Part shown: positions 7,738-17,167 of the stretch, in pieces
Layout of the letters: each line of letters starts with the position of its first letter
Position numbering within the stretch: position 1 is the first letter of the stretch
Notes under the pieces: model-generated
Told to the model about the DNA's origin: nothing
The model's input: the letters and a program-made list of their open reading frames with translations, nothing else
Databases searched by the model: none
Translations under genes and position numbers: made by a program
Assembly: GCA_020430775.1 (NCBI GenBank)
Contig: JAGQJE010000333.1
Location: 1-55,328 of the forward strand
Length of the DNA: 55,328 nt
Direction of reading: 5' to 3'
Source of the DNA: Myxococcales bacterium
Lineage (GTDB): Bacteria; Myxococcota_A; Polyangia; Polyangiales; Houyiibacteriaceae

Positions 7738-10700
7738 ATGCGCTACGTCCCGACCCCGACACCCACCGAGCCACCCCTGCGGATGCTCGGGCACTACCTC
7801 CTCGAGGCACCGCTCGGCGCCGGGGGGCAGGGGCAGGTGTTCCGAGGCGTGCACCGTCCGACGGGGCTGCCCGTCGCCCTCAAACGCGTCGCGGAGCCGA
7901 GCCCGCGCGAGCGCTATCGCCTCAAGCACGAGTTCCGCGTCTGCGCGGAGCTGCGGCATCCGAACCTCGTCGCCATGTACGAGCTCGTCGAGGAGGGACC
8001 GGAGTGCTACTTCGCGATGGAGCTGGTCGAGGGCGCCCCGCTCTACGAGCACGTCCGGCGCTCGTTGCCGCACGGCGTCCCGCTCGACGAAGGCGGCTAC
8101 GCGCGGCTCGCCACCTCGCTCGCGCAGCTCCTCGATTGCCTCGCCTTCTTGCACGAGTCCGGCCACGTGCACGGCGACGTGAAGCCCACGAACGTGGTCG
8201 TGCGCCCCGACGGGCGCCTCGCGCTGCTCGACTTCGGGCTCGCGCTGGGGCTGTCGGACCGGTACGCGACGCGCGTCGAGGACCCGGTCCGGGGCACGCT
8301 CGCCTACATGGCGCCTGAGCTCCCCTGGGGCGCGCCGCTGCGTCCGGCGTGCGACGTCTACTCGGCCGGCGCGCTCGCGCTCGAGCTCGCACGCGGCGCC
8401 CCGCCCTTCTCCGGCTCCATCGTCGCCATGACGCGCGACAAGCGCGCCTTCGACGTCGAGGGCGAGCGCTCGCTCGCCGGGGCGCCCGGGTGGGCGCGCG
8501 CCTTCATCGCCGGCGCGCTCGAGCCGGAGCCGGCGGTTCGCCGGAGCGCCCGCCAGCTCTGGCGCGATCTGCCCGAACGCGCGCGGGCCGGCGTCGTCCA
8601 GCGCCGCGGCGGCGGCCTGTCCGTGCTCTCGGGCCGTGAGTCCGAGGTCGCGACGCTCGAGGGCCTGCTCGCGCGCACGCTGGCCGGAGGATCGGCCTAC
8701 GGCCTCGTGCTCGGTCCGTCGGGCGCCGGCAAGACAGCGCTCCTCACCAACGTGTGCGCGGCGCTCGCCGGCACGGGTCGCGCCTGGATCCTCCGCTCGC
8801 TTTGTCGGCCGCACGCGACGGTCCTCTTTCCCTGTCTCGACGAGCTCGTCGACGGGCTCAGCCTGCTGCTGCCGAGCGCGCGCGCGGCGGGCATGACCCT
8901 CGAGCTCGAGCCGAACGCGGTCGCGTCGCTCTTGCAAGTGTTCCCGGTGCTCGCTGCGGACGCCGGGCTCGGCGAGCTCGGCGCCGAGGGCGAACTCCCC
9001 GTGGCGCCGAACGAGCTGCGCCGAAGCGCGGTGCACTGCCTGCGCCGCATCCTGCGCGCCGTCGCCGCGACCAAACCGCTGGTCATCCTGCTCGACGACC
9101 TCCATTGGGCGGACAGCGACGGCGCCCGGATGCTGCGTGACTTGCTTGCGGACCCGGAGAGCCACCACGTGTGTGTGCTCGCCGCCGCGCGCGGCGCTGC
9201 GCTGGCGGCCCGCGCAGACCTTCGCACCGCGCTCACCGGCGTCCAGTCGCCCGAGGTGACGAACCTTCGGGTGAAGCTGGCGCCCCTGCCCCCGAGCGCG
9301 ATTCGCGCCATCGCGACCTCGTGCAGCGGCATCACGGACGACGCCGTGCTGGACGCGATCGCGGCCGAAGCGCAGGGCAACCCCTACGTCGCGGTCCAGC
9401 TCGCGCACCTCGCGTGCCTCCGCCCTGAGGCACTGCACCGCGCGGGCCCGGTCTCGGCGGACGCGGAGCTCGCCGCGGCCCGCGAGCCCATCACCGACGC
9501 CGCGCGATCCGGCGCCGAGGCGCCCAGCTCCGCGGCGACGCCGACGCTCGATCCGGCCATGCTCATCCGCGCGCGTCTCGGGCTGCTGAGCGAAGACGCC
9601 CAGCGCTTGCTGGCGGTCGCGTCCGCCGCGTTCGGACCGCTGCCGCTCCCCGTGCTCAGCCACGCGGCCGGGCTCACCCGACCGATCGAGGCGGTCCGCG
9701 CGCTGATGAACGCACGGCACCTCGTCGCCGAGGTCCGGCTCGAGCCGTCCATGGTCCTTCAGCCGCATCACGCGCGCGTCGCCGACGCCGTGCTGGCCGG
9801 TGTCGATGACGACGGACGCCGCCGGCTGCACGTGCAGATCGCCGACGCCATCGTCGCGGAGGGCATCGACGCACCCGTGACGCTCGTTCGCCACCTGCGC
9901 GCGGCTGGACGGCTGCGAGAGGCGTCCGCGCGTGCGCTGTCCGCGGCGCAGCAAGCGATGGCTCGTGCGGACCCGGACCGCGCCGCTGAGCTCTTCGAGC
10001 TCGCGCTCCGGTTCCCGCTCGACGGCGTCGACCCGTCCACCGTCGAGGCGCAGTACGCCGAGGCGTTGCTCGAGAGCGGAGACGGGCTGAGGGCGGGAGA
10101 GGCGTTCGAACGCGCGATCGAAGCGCTCCCGCCGGGCGATCGGTCGGGGACTCGAGGCGTCGCGTTGAGCTGCCAGGCGGCCGACGCCTACCTCCGCATC
10201 GGCCGGTTCGAGCGGGGCATCGCGCATCTGGAGGCTACCCTCCGCGCGGTCGGCGTCCCACCCGCCGGAGGCGGTCGCCGGGCCGCGGTCGTCCGCACCG
10301 GTTACCAGCTCAAGGCCTGGGCCCTGCGGCCGCTGCGCCGCGAGCCGAGCCCGCACGACGCCATCTCGAACGCCCAGCGCCTCCGGCTCGACGCGCTCCT
10401 CACGGCCGGCCTCGGGCTCGGGTGGCCGGCGACCGTGCTGTCGAGCGTCTACCTCGCGCAGCACCTCTACGAGAGCGTCGAGGTCGGCGACGCGACGCAC
10501 CTCGCCGCCGCGCTCGCGGCCGAGGGCGCGATGCTCTCCTTCCCGGGAAACCCGGCGCTGCGCGCCATCGGCCGGCGCTGCATCGAGCGGGCGCGCCAGC
10601 TCGCCCGAGAGCTGGACGACCCCGCGCTCCGCGCGTTCGCCGCGCAGAACGAGGGCGCCATCGAATACACCGCGGGCCGGTGGGGCGCGGCGGTCGAGGT

Positions 10701-11517
10701 GCTCGAGGAGGCCCTCGGGATCTACCGGCAGCACTGCCGCGGGCCCTCGTGGGAGCTCAGCTCTGCACGGTACATGTGCGCCTGGTCGCACGCGATGCTC
10801 GGCGACCTCGACGCGGTCGAGCAAGGGCGCGCGGAGCTGATCGAGGACGCCTCCATGCGAGGCGACGTGCTGAGCACCGCGCCGCTGCGCGTCGGCCCAC
10901 AGAACATGAGCTGGCTCGTTCGGGCCGACCCGCGGCGCGCGCGCGAGGAGGCGCGCCGCGCCGTGGTCGAGTGGCCCGACCAGGGGTACTCCACGGTGCA
11001 CTTTCAGGCGATGATGGCGCAGGTCCAGGTCTCGCTCTACCTCGGCGAGCCGACCGACGCGCAGGCGCGGCTCGACGCGGCGCGCGACGACGTGCGGCGA
11101 TCCGGGTTGCGCATCGTCCAGCCCTTACGCGTGTTCCACGATCACCTGCTCGGCTCCACGGCCGTCGCGAAGGCGATCCACGCCCCGCCGGCGCGCGTAC
11201 GGAGACGCGCCCTCGCGCGCGCCCGCACGGTCGCTCGCCGGCTCGAGCGCGAAGGGCTCGCGTGGGCGAGCGCGCTCGCCGCGTCGATGCGCGCCGGCGT
11301 CGCATCGGTCGAGGGCGACTGGCCGGCGACCGCGCGCGCGCTGCGCGAGGCCGAGCGGTGCTTCACGGTCGCCGAGATGCGCGTCTACGCGGCGGCCGCA
11401 CGCAGCCGCCTCGACGCGCTCGGGTCGCAGAGCACGCCCGGCCCTCGCCTCGACGCCTACGCGGCGGACACACCCGCCATGGCGCGCTGCTTGCTGCCGA
11501 TGCGCGCTCCGGCGTAA
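7738..11517 (+). CDS. Ser/Thr protein kinase fused to AAA/STAND ATPase and TPR-like C-terminal region
   Basis: Kinase motifs are GAGGQGQVF, ALK, HVHGDVKPTNVVV, DFGLA and GTLAYMAPE. They are followed by the P-loop GPSGAGKTALL, a DDLHWAD Walker-B-like motif and a long helical repeat region. The protein is 1259 aa. Confidence 0.9.
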   Translation: MRYVPTPTPTEPPLRMLGHYLLEAPLGAGGQGQVFRGVHRPTGLPVALKRVAEPSPRERYRLKHEFRVCAELRHPNLVAMYELVEEGPECYFAMELVEGAPLYEHVRRSLPHGVPLDEGGYARLATSLAQLLDCLAFLHESGHVHGDVKPTNVVVRPDGRLALLDFGLALGLSDRYATRVEDPVRGTLAYMAPELPWGAPLRPACDVYSAGALALELARGAPPFSGSIVAMTRDKRAFDVEGERSLAGAPGWARAFIAGALEPEPAVRRSARQLWRDLPERARAGVVQRRGGGLSVLSGRESEVATLEGLLARTLAGGSAYGLVLGPSGAGKTALLTNVCAALAGTGRAWILRSLCRPHATVLFPCLDELVDGLSLLLPSARAAGMTLELEPNAVASLLQVFPVLAADAGLGELGAEGELPVAPNELRRSAVHCLRRILRAVAATKPLVILLDDLHWADSDGARMLRDLLADPESHHVCVLAAARGAALAARADLRTALTGVQSPEVTNLRVKLAPLPPSAIRAIATSCSGITDDAVLDAIAAEAQGNPYVAVQLAHLACLRPEALHRAGPVSADAELAAAREPITDAARSGAEAPSSAATPTLDPAMLIRARLGLLSEDAQRLLAVASAAFGPLPLPVLSHAAGLTRPIEAVRALMNARHLVAEVRLEPSMVLQPHHARVADAVLAGVDDDGRRRLHVQIADAIVAEGIDAPVTLVRHLRAAGRLREASARALSAAQQAMARADPDRAAELFELALRFPLDGVDPSTVEAQYAEALLESGDGLRAGEAFERAIEALPPGDRSGTRGVALSCQAADAYLRIGRFERGIAHLEATLRAVGVPPAGGGRRAAVVRTGYQLKAWALRPLRREPSPHDAISNAQRLRLDALLTAGLGLGWPATVLSSVYLAQHLYESVEVGDATHLAAALAAEGAMLSFPGNPALRAIGRRCIERARQLARELDDPALRAFAAQNEGAIEYTAGRWGAAVEVLEEALGIYRQHCRGPSWELSSARYMCAWSHAMLGDLDAVEQGRAELIEDASMRGDVLSTAPLRVGPQNMSWLVRADPRRAREEARRAVVEWPDQGYSTVHFQAMMAQVQVSLYLGEPTDAQARLDAARDDVRRSGLRIVQPLRVFHDHLLGSTAVAKAIHAPPARVRRRALARARTVARRLEREGLAWASALAASMRAGVASVEGDWPATARALREAERCFTVAEMRVYAAAARSRLDALGSQSTPGPRLDAYAADTPAMARCLLPMRAPA

Positions 11518-11588
11518 ACCGCGCGTACACTGGCGGCTTGGGTGTCGTAGCCACATGTTCGACCGTGGCCGACGTGCAAGGACTCCGC

Positions 11589-12227
11589 ATGAAGCTTCGG
11601 GACTCGATCGGCGCGTACGGGCACCCTTGGCGCGGTGGCCTGGCCGTAGCGGCGCTGCTCTCGCTCGGCCTCGTCTGCGCGGGCTGCGCGCACGAAGCGG
11701 CGCGCACGCTGCCGCCCCCGCCCGTCGAGGGTTCGTGGTCTGTCGACCCGCCCGGGACGCTCTCGCGCGCAGCGCTCGACCGCGACCTGCGCAGCCTGAC
11801 CGAGCAATGCGATCGGGCCCGCGACGCGCTCGAGGGGCGGGTGAAGCGCGCCCAGCGCAGGCGCGTCGGCGAGGCGGGCGCCGCCGCGGTGGCGTACATC
11901 GTCGGCCAGGTCGCCGACCAGAGCGGCCACCCGGACCCGAGCGCCCCCGGCGGCCCGAACGAGTGCCGTGACACCGCGCTGAGCACGCCGGCGATGTGCT
12001 ACTCGACGCAGATCCCGAACCTCAACGCGGACTCGGAGAGCGCGGCAGAGCAGAAGGTCCGGACGACCAAGGCCAAGGCGTCGCGCTCGCTCGCGCAGAT
12101 CGACGGCGCTGTCGACGCGATGGACGCGTTCCTGTTTCAGAGCCCGAACCCCACGCTCTGGCGCCCCGAGGAGCACGCGCGCTGGCGCGAGGTGCGCGCC
12201 GGCGTGGTCGAAGCGTGCAGCGACTGA
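11589..12227 (+). CDS. secreted/lipoprotein of unknown function
   Basis: ATG 11589 within ORF 10422..12227. The N-terminus MKLRDSIGAYGHPWRGGLAVAALLSLGLVCAGC is a signal peptide with a non-canonical lipobox. No domain is recognised. Confidence 0.6.
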   Translation: MKLRDSIGAYGHPWRGGLAVAALLSLGLVCAGCAHEAARTLPPPPVEGSWSVDPPGTLSRAALDRDLRSLTEQCDRARDALEGRVKRAQRRRVGEAGAAAVAYIVGQVADQSGHPDPSAPGGPNECRDTALSTPAMCYSTQIPNLNADSESAAEQKVRTTKAKASRSLAQIDGAVDAMDAFLFQSPNPTLWRPEEHARWREVRAGVVEACSD

Positions 12228-12245
12228 GTCGTTCGCCGGCGCGGC

Positions 12246-12286
12246 GCGCGCTCACGGACCGCGGTGCAGAGGGCCCGTGAGCGCGC
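12246..12286. terminator. hairpin between convergent genes (possible bidirectional terminator)
   Basis: GCGCGCTCACGG (12246-12257) pairs with CCGTGAGCGCGC (12275-12286) around a 17-nt loop. It lies between the stop at 12227 (+) and the stop at 12294 (-). There is no U-tract. Confidence 0.35.
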
Positions 12287-12293
12287 GGTCGCG

Positions 12294-13952
12294 TCAGCGC
12301 GACTGCTCGAGCGCGCCGGGGTCACACCCGAGCTTGCCCGGACCGTCGGCGTCGCCCGTGCGTATCACGCCCGCCTGGTCGCGGTTCGGGCAGACCGTCG
12401 AGCCGGCGTCGAAGATCTTGCCCGAGTCATACCCGTCGAGGATCTCGATGGTGTCGGTCGTGCCGCCGTTGTTCTGCAGCGCACCCACCGAGAAGCGCAC
12501 GACGTTGGGCTTGTAGCCGGTGCCGAACTTGCACGCGCCGACGTAGTCCCAGTCCTCGTAGAAGCCGCCGACGAACGTGGTCGAGTTCAGGGCGAGGGTG
12601 CCAGTGCAGAGAGAGGCCCCCTCGACGTCCATGTGCACGACGCTGCTCTCGAGGTGCATCGTGCCCGCGTCGAAGTCGCCGACGGTCGAGTTGACGAGGA
12701 CGGGAAGGTCCGTGCTGGACGCGAAGGTCGCGTGGCGAATGGTGACGTCGCCGTCGCCGGCGTTGTAGACGTCGCTCACCCACCCGCTCGAGCGGTTGTC
12801 GGCGAACGTGCTGTTCAGCACGCGGACCGTCCCCTGCCAGTTGTGCAGCGCGCCGATGAAGCGAGCGCTGTCGTTCGCGACGGTCGACGTTTCGACGAAG
12901 AGGCGCGCGCTCGGGCCGAAGTTCGAGATGCCGCCGCCCTGCCCCGAGTCGTCACAGCCGGACGAACCGCAGGTGCTGTTGTCCTGAATCGTGACCCTGC
13001 GCAAGAGCAGGCGGCCCTTGTTGAAGACGGCGCCGCCCCGGTTGCACACCTCGAGGCTGACGCTCGCAGCGCAGGTGCTCGTGCCTGGGTTGAGGTGGTT
13101 GTCGAGCAACTTCACGCCCTCGATCCTGGTGTTCGACGCGTTGTGCACCGCGCCGCCCGGCTCGCCGCTCTCGTAGCCGTTGCGCAGCGTAAAGCCCGTG
13201 ACGTTGACGAAGTCGTAGCTGCCGGCTGCCACCTGCAGCAGCCTCGACTGGTGATCTCCGTCGAGGATGACGGTGCTCGAGCTCTGCCCGACCAGGTCGA
13301 GGCCGTCGAGGATGTCGAGGTCGTCGATGGCGTCGTTCGGCTCGTCGAGCGACTCGCTGCCGAAGAGGCGCAGCACGTACTCGCCCGGCGGCACCGAGAT
13401 CCGGTCGTGCCCGGCGCGGGCGTTCGTCTCCATGATGGCTGCCCGCAGTGAGCACGCGCCGTTCGACGCGGCGCAGACGCCGTCGCCAGGGTTCGCGTCC
13501 GTGAGATCGGCGGTCGTGTCGACCACGAGATCGAGCCCCTCGACGAGGCGACAGTCCTGGGGCGGGGTGCCCGAGCGGCGCAGAAGGAACGACCCCGCCG
13601 GCGGCTCGCGCTCGCTCAGCAAGCCGGACGCGGCGCCGGGCAGGTTCGATGCGTACCGGACGTCGTAGTAGTACGGGACGAAGCGGTGGCAGGCGGAGGG
13701 GCTGAAGTCGCGCGTGTAGTGGTCGGGTGACCCGGGCACGACGTTCATCGCGAGCACGGCGAGCTCCGGCACCACACGCACCTCGTCGAGCGTGTTGCCG
13801 TTCGGGGTGAGCGTCATCGAGAAGGTCGCCGACGCCGCGCCGAAGGGCGCGTTGACGAAGGACGGCGCCGTGACCTCTGGCGGCCCACACGCGGCGACGA
13901 AGAAGGCGCTGCAGACGAGGCCGAGCCCGGCCGGTGTGATGGTTCTGAACAT
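12294..13952 (-). CDS. parallel beta-helix lipoprotein with choice-of-anchor-Q-like C-terminus
   Basis: ORF 12294..14018 trimmed to ATG 13952, with GAGGGGGA upstream. MFRTITPAGLGLVCSAFFVAACG is a signal peptide plus lipobox. Repetitive N/G/T-rich beta-helix turns follow. The C-terminal ...NNGGTTDT...RDQAG...CDPGALE resembles the choice-of-anchor Q ending. Confidence 0.8.
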   Translation of the reverse strand: MFRTITPAGLGLVCSAFFVAACGPPEVTAPSFVNAPFGAASATFSMTLTPNGNTLDEVRVVPELAVLAMNVVPGSPDHYTRDFSPSACHRFVPYYYDVRYASNLPGAASGLLSEREPPAGSFLLRRSGTPPQDCRLVEGLDLVVDTTADLTDANPGDGVCAASNGACSLRAAIMETNARAGHDRISVPPGEYVLRLFGSESLDEPNDAIDDLDILDGLDLVGQSSSTVILDGDHQSRLLQVAAGSYDFVNVTGFTLRNGYESGEPGGAVHNASNTRIEGVKLLDNHLNPGTSTCAASVSLEVCNRGGAVFNKGRLLLRRVTIQDNSTCGSSGCDDSGQGGGISNFGPSARLFVETSTVANDSARFIGALHNWQGTVRVLNSTFADNRSSGWVSDVYNAGDGDVTIRHATFASSTDLPVLVNSTVGDFDAGTMHLESSVVHMDVEGASLCTGTLALNSTTFVGGFYEDWDYVGACKFGTGYKPNVVRFSVGALQNNGGTTDTIEILDGYDSGKIFDAGSTVCPNRDQAGVIRTGDADGPGKLGCDPGALEQSR

Positions 13953-14001
13953 GGTGTCCCCCTCTGGGCCGCACGCGACGCGGCACGGTGTGCATCGGCA
14001 C

Positions 14002-14017
14002 TGCAACCGCCGTTCCA
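14002..14017 (-). promoter_or_regulatory. candidate sigma54 (-24/-12) promoter for the beta-helix lipoprotein gene
   Basis: The minus strand reads TGGAAC-GGCGG-TTGCA, one mismatch to TGGCAC-N5-TTGCA. The predicted TSS near 13991 gives a ~39-nt leader that contains the SD. Confidence 0.45.
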
Positions 14018-14191
14018 CCAGCGTCGAGCGACGCGATCCGACGACGTCGCAGGCGGAAACGTGCTCGCTGCGAGGGCGAGGTGTTACCCGCGCGCCGCGC
14101 TCAGGCGCGAGCGTGACGGGGACACGTAACGCCGCCGCGCCACCCCGGAGGCGGCCGCGCCGAGCGCGGAGGCCGCTACGCCGCGTGCGGC

Positions 14192-14983
14192 TCAGCCGTA
14201 GCGGGCCATCAGGTCGGCCATGCCCGCCATGTCCGCCTCGAAGAGCGCGAACGTCGCGCCGCCTGGGTCCGCGCAGACCGCCGAGCGGCCGATGGCGCCG
14301 ACGGCGAAGGGGGCGACGTGGACCACTCCGCCGAGCGCCTTCACGCGGCCGACCGCGTCGTCGCAGTCGGCGACGGCGATGCTCACGCCCCAGTGAGGCG
14401 GCGCCGGACTGCCGGCAGGCGGCGTCGACACGCCCGCGAACGGCCCACCGCCAGCCTTGAAGATGCTCGCCCGCTCACCGGCGCCGATGTCCGGCGCCTC
14501 CGTCTCCCAGCCGAAGAGGCCGCTGTAGAAGCGCTGCGCCGCGCGCGGATCGGGCGTCGACAGCTCGTACCAGCAGAATTGCCCAGCTCGTGGCGGCTCG
14601 CTCGGCGCGGCGTCGGACGGCGGCCCGTCGGGCCGCAGCACCATGAACACCGCCCCCTGCGGGTCCGCGAACACGGCCAGGCGACCGACGGTGGGGATGT
14701 CCCACGGCGCCTGCGCGACGTGGCCCCCGAGCTGCCGGACGCGCTCGGCGGTCTGGTCAGTGTCCTCGACCTCGACATAGATACCCCACGACGCGGGCAT
14801 CTCGTCGGGGTGCGGGTTCTTCATGATGCCGCCGGTCTGCTGCGAGCCGTCGTGGATGACCCAGTAGGGGTCCTCGGTGGCCTCGAACGCCGCGTACGTC
14901 CATCCGAAGAGCGCCGCATAGAACGCCTTCGCGCGCTCGACATCGGTCGCGTACAGCTCGTGCCAGGAAATCGCGTTGCGCAT
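14192..14983 (-). CDS. two-domain VOC (glyoxalase/bleomycin-resistance fold) family protein
   Basis: ORF 14192..15037 trimmed to ATG 14983 (MRNAISWHELYATD...). It has two repeats of the WxEL...A..FY..LFGW...G.......P.G..F motif pattern. Confidence 0.85.
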   Translation of the reverse strand: MRNAISWHELYATDVERAKAFYAALFGWTYAAFEATEDPYWVIHDGSQQTGGIMKNPHPDEMPASWGIYVEVEDTDQTAERVRQLGGHVAQAPWDIPTVGRLAVFADPQGAVFMVLRPDGPPSDAAPSEPPRAGQFCWYELSTPDPRAAQRFYSGLFGWETEAPDIGAGERASIFKAGGGPFAGVSTPPAGSPAPPHWGVSIAVADCDDAVGRVKALGGVVHVAPFAVGAIGRSAVCADPGGATFALFEADMAGMADLMARYG

Positions 14984-15163
14984 CGGGTCCCCCAGAGAAT
15001 GTCCAGTGATCGTGCCAGGACACGGCCCGCTCGACAACGAGGGTCAAGCTCCGCTCGCGCGCTTCACCCGCCCGAAGCCCAAGCGGACGGCGTGTGTGTT
15101 ACGGTCACCACCTGCGGAGACCACCGCGCGAGCGCGGGGCCATCTTCAGACAGGGGGTGGGAC

Positions 15164-16435
15164 ATGCATCGCGAACGATCGGCAGCGCTCACGAGCGCGT
15201 GTGTGACCGTGGCGTGCGCGGCCGGGCTGCTCGCCTTGCCCGGGTGCGACGCGGCGACGCTGCGCGAGGTTGATATTCCGGACGCCGGGGAGGCGGACGG
15301 CGGCCGCATGAAGCCGGACGCAGGGGCGCCGGACGGTGGCCGCATGAAGCCGGACGCGGGCCCGAACGGGGCGCCGCGTGTCGCGCCCATCACCCAGCTC
15401 GATTCGGACGTCGGGCGCTATTCCGCTGCGATCGCGGTGCTGCCCAGCGGGCGTGTCCTCGTCGCCGGAGGCCTGATCGTACGCATGTCCTTCGGCACGG
15501 GCCAGGAGGCCGCGGAGGAGTACGATCTCACCTCGCACACCATCACCGCGGTCGGAGACCTGCGGGAGGGTCGCTCCGGGGCCGCCGCCACGGCGCTGCC
15601 CGACGGGAAGGTCCTCATCACCGGCGGCGCAGGCGGCCCCGCAGGCGAGCAGGGCCTCCGGCGCGACACCGCGGAGCTGTACGACCCGAGCACCCGCACG
15701 TTCACGCTGCTGAGCGCCCGGTTGGTCGAGGCGCGCGCGGGACATGGCGCCCACCTGATCGAGGCCGGCCCGCACGCGGGCAAGGTGCTCTTGGTAGGAG
15801 GCGACGAGCCGCCGCTCTCGGCGGAGCTGTACGACCCGGGGACTCAGACCTTCTCGGCGCTGCCGAACGATGGCGCACCCGCCGGCCGCGAGAGCCGGCA
15901 CACCCTCCTCGCGGACGGGCGGGTCTTCGTCAGCGGCGTGCGGGACTCGCAAGACGCGGCGATCGACAACTACGTGTACGACCCCGTCGCGGGCACGTGG
16001 CGCAAGACGGCGAACTTCGCGACGGCCCGCCTCCACCACGCCGCGGCGCGTCTGCCCGACGGCAGAGTCCTCGTCACGGGCGGCGCGCCCGACGGGTCCA
16101 GCGCGCCGCTCGCGTCCGCGGTCGTCTGGGACCCGAACACTGACAGCTTCACCGACGTGGGACCGATGGCGTCTGCACGGCGCTTCCACGGCATGGCCGC
16201 GCTCGGCAGCGGCCGCGTCGCGGTCGCCGGAGGGCAAGACGGGAGCGCTCATCTGGCGTCGGTGGAGATCTACGACCCCGACACGGAGCGATTCACCCCC
16301 GCCGAGGGCATGCTCGGGCTCGGACGGAGCGCACCGTCCGTGTTCTCGCTGCCGGATGGCCGGGTCGTCGTGCTCGGCGGACAGGGCGGCAGGCTGTCGC
16401 TCATCGTCGCGACCGTGGACATCGTCACGGAGTAG
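15164..16435 (+). CDS. Kelch-repeat beta-propeller lipoprotein
   Basis: ATG 15164, preceded by a GGGGGTGGG purine run. The lipobox is LLALPGC. Repeated LPDGRVLVTGG / AELYDP motifs are typical of Kelch blades. Confidence 0.85.
   Translation: MHRERSAALTSACVTVACAAGLLALPGCDAATLREVDIPDAGEADGGRMKPDAGAPDGGRMKPDAGPNGAPRVAPITQLDSDVGRYSAAIAVLPSGRVLVAGGLIVRMSFGTGQEAAEEYDLTSHTITAVGDLREGRSGAAATALPDGKVLITGGAGGPAGEQGLRRDTAELYDPSTRTFTLLSARLVEARAGHGAHLIEAGPHAGKVLLVGGDEPPLSAELYDPGTQTFSALPNDGAPAGRESRHTLLADGRVFVSGVRDSQDAAIDNYVYDPVAGTWRKTANFATARLHHAAARLPDGRVLVTGGAPDGSSAPLASAVVWDPNTDSFTDVGPMASARRFHGMAALGSGRVAVAGGQDGSAHLASVEIYDPDTERFTPAEGMLGLGRSAPSVFSLPDGRVVVLGGQGGRLSLIVATVDIVTE
15296..15367 (+). repeat. 2 x 36-nt tandem repeat encoding DGGRMKPDAGAP/DGGRMKPDAGPN
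   Basis: Direct comparison of 15296-15331 with 15332-15367. The repeat lies inside the linker that follows the Kelch lipoprotein lipobox. Confidence 0.8.
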
Positions 16436-16478
16436 AGCGCCGGGCGCGCTCCCGACCCACGGCCGGCCCCGGAGCGCG

Positions 16479-16835
16479 CTAGCCGAGCGTCGCGTTGATG
16501 AGAGCGATGCCCGCGAGCAGCAGGCCGACGCAGATGACGACGAAGCCCGCGGCGCCCGCGTAGCAGTAGAAGAGCACGCGGCCGCGCTCCTCCGGCGCGA
16601 GGCGCGCGTTCAGCCGAATCGGTGACCAGTACCATCCCCGCGGCAGCGCTCCCCGCGGTGCGAGCGCACGGTAGAGCGCGACGTGGTACGCGACGCCGAG
16701 CGGCACACCGGTCGCGAACCCGACCGCGGTGGTCCACACGCCGACGCGCAGCAGCCCGTCCCAGGGGACGAAGAGCAGGCCGCTCGCGGCGGCGAGCAGG
16801 GCGACGATCCCGAGGACGAGGGCCGCCTCGCGCAA
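16479..16835 (-). CDS. small integral membrane protein (3 predicted TM helices)
   Basis: 118-aa ORF with three hydrophobic segments and high GC3. It lies 3 nt downstream of the Dabb gene on the same strand. Confidence 0.6.
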   Translation of the reverse strand: MREAALVLGIVALLAAASGLLFVPWDGLLRVGVWTTAVGFATGVPLGVAYHVALYRALAPRGALPRGWYWSPIRLNARLAPEERGRVLFYCYAGAAGFVVICVGLLLAGIALINATLG

Positions 16836-16838
16836 CCC

Positions 16839-17138
16839 TCAGTCCACCGCGAAGTTCCAGCGCTTCGAGACCACGGCACGCTCGGCCATGTACGCGACGA
16901 ACGCCTGGTGCGCCGCGTCGGTCCGGTAGGGCTCGAGGTCGTCGAGCGTGTCGAAGCGGAGCACGAGTGAGAGGTCCCAGCTCTTCGCGGAGGCCTCGTC
17001 CGCCGGCACGCCGACCCGCAGGTCGCGGACGCCCGGGAGGCTCCGCAGCGCCACGCGGGCGTGGGCGGCGATCTCCGCGCGCGCCTCGTCGGTCGTGAGC
17101 TCATCCCGCAGCTTGTAGAGGACCACTCGGTCGATCAT
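16839..17138 (-). CDS. Dabb (stress-responsive alpha/beta-barrel) family protein
   Basis: 99 aa. The pattern MIDRVVLYKL...LPGVRDLRVG...DLSLVLRFDTLDDLEPYRTDAAHQAFV matches the Dabb domain. Confidence 0.85.
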   Translation of the reverse strand: MIDRVVLYKLRDELTTDEARAEIAAHARVALRSLPGVRDLRVGVPADEASAKSWDLSLVLRFDTLDDLEPYRTDAAHQAFVAYMAERAVVSKRWNFAVD

Positions 17139-17167
17139 GCGTACTCCTTCCGGATTCGCGCCGGCGC

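Noticed and set aside
7105-11001. 1298-aa ORF on the minus strand
   Set aside because: It is entirely antisense to the kinase-STAND gene. The translation is Arg/Ala/Gly/Pro-rich with no motifs, which is a typical GC-rich shadow ORF.
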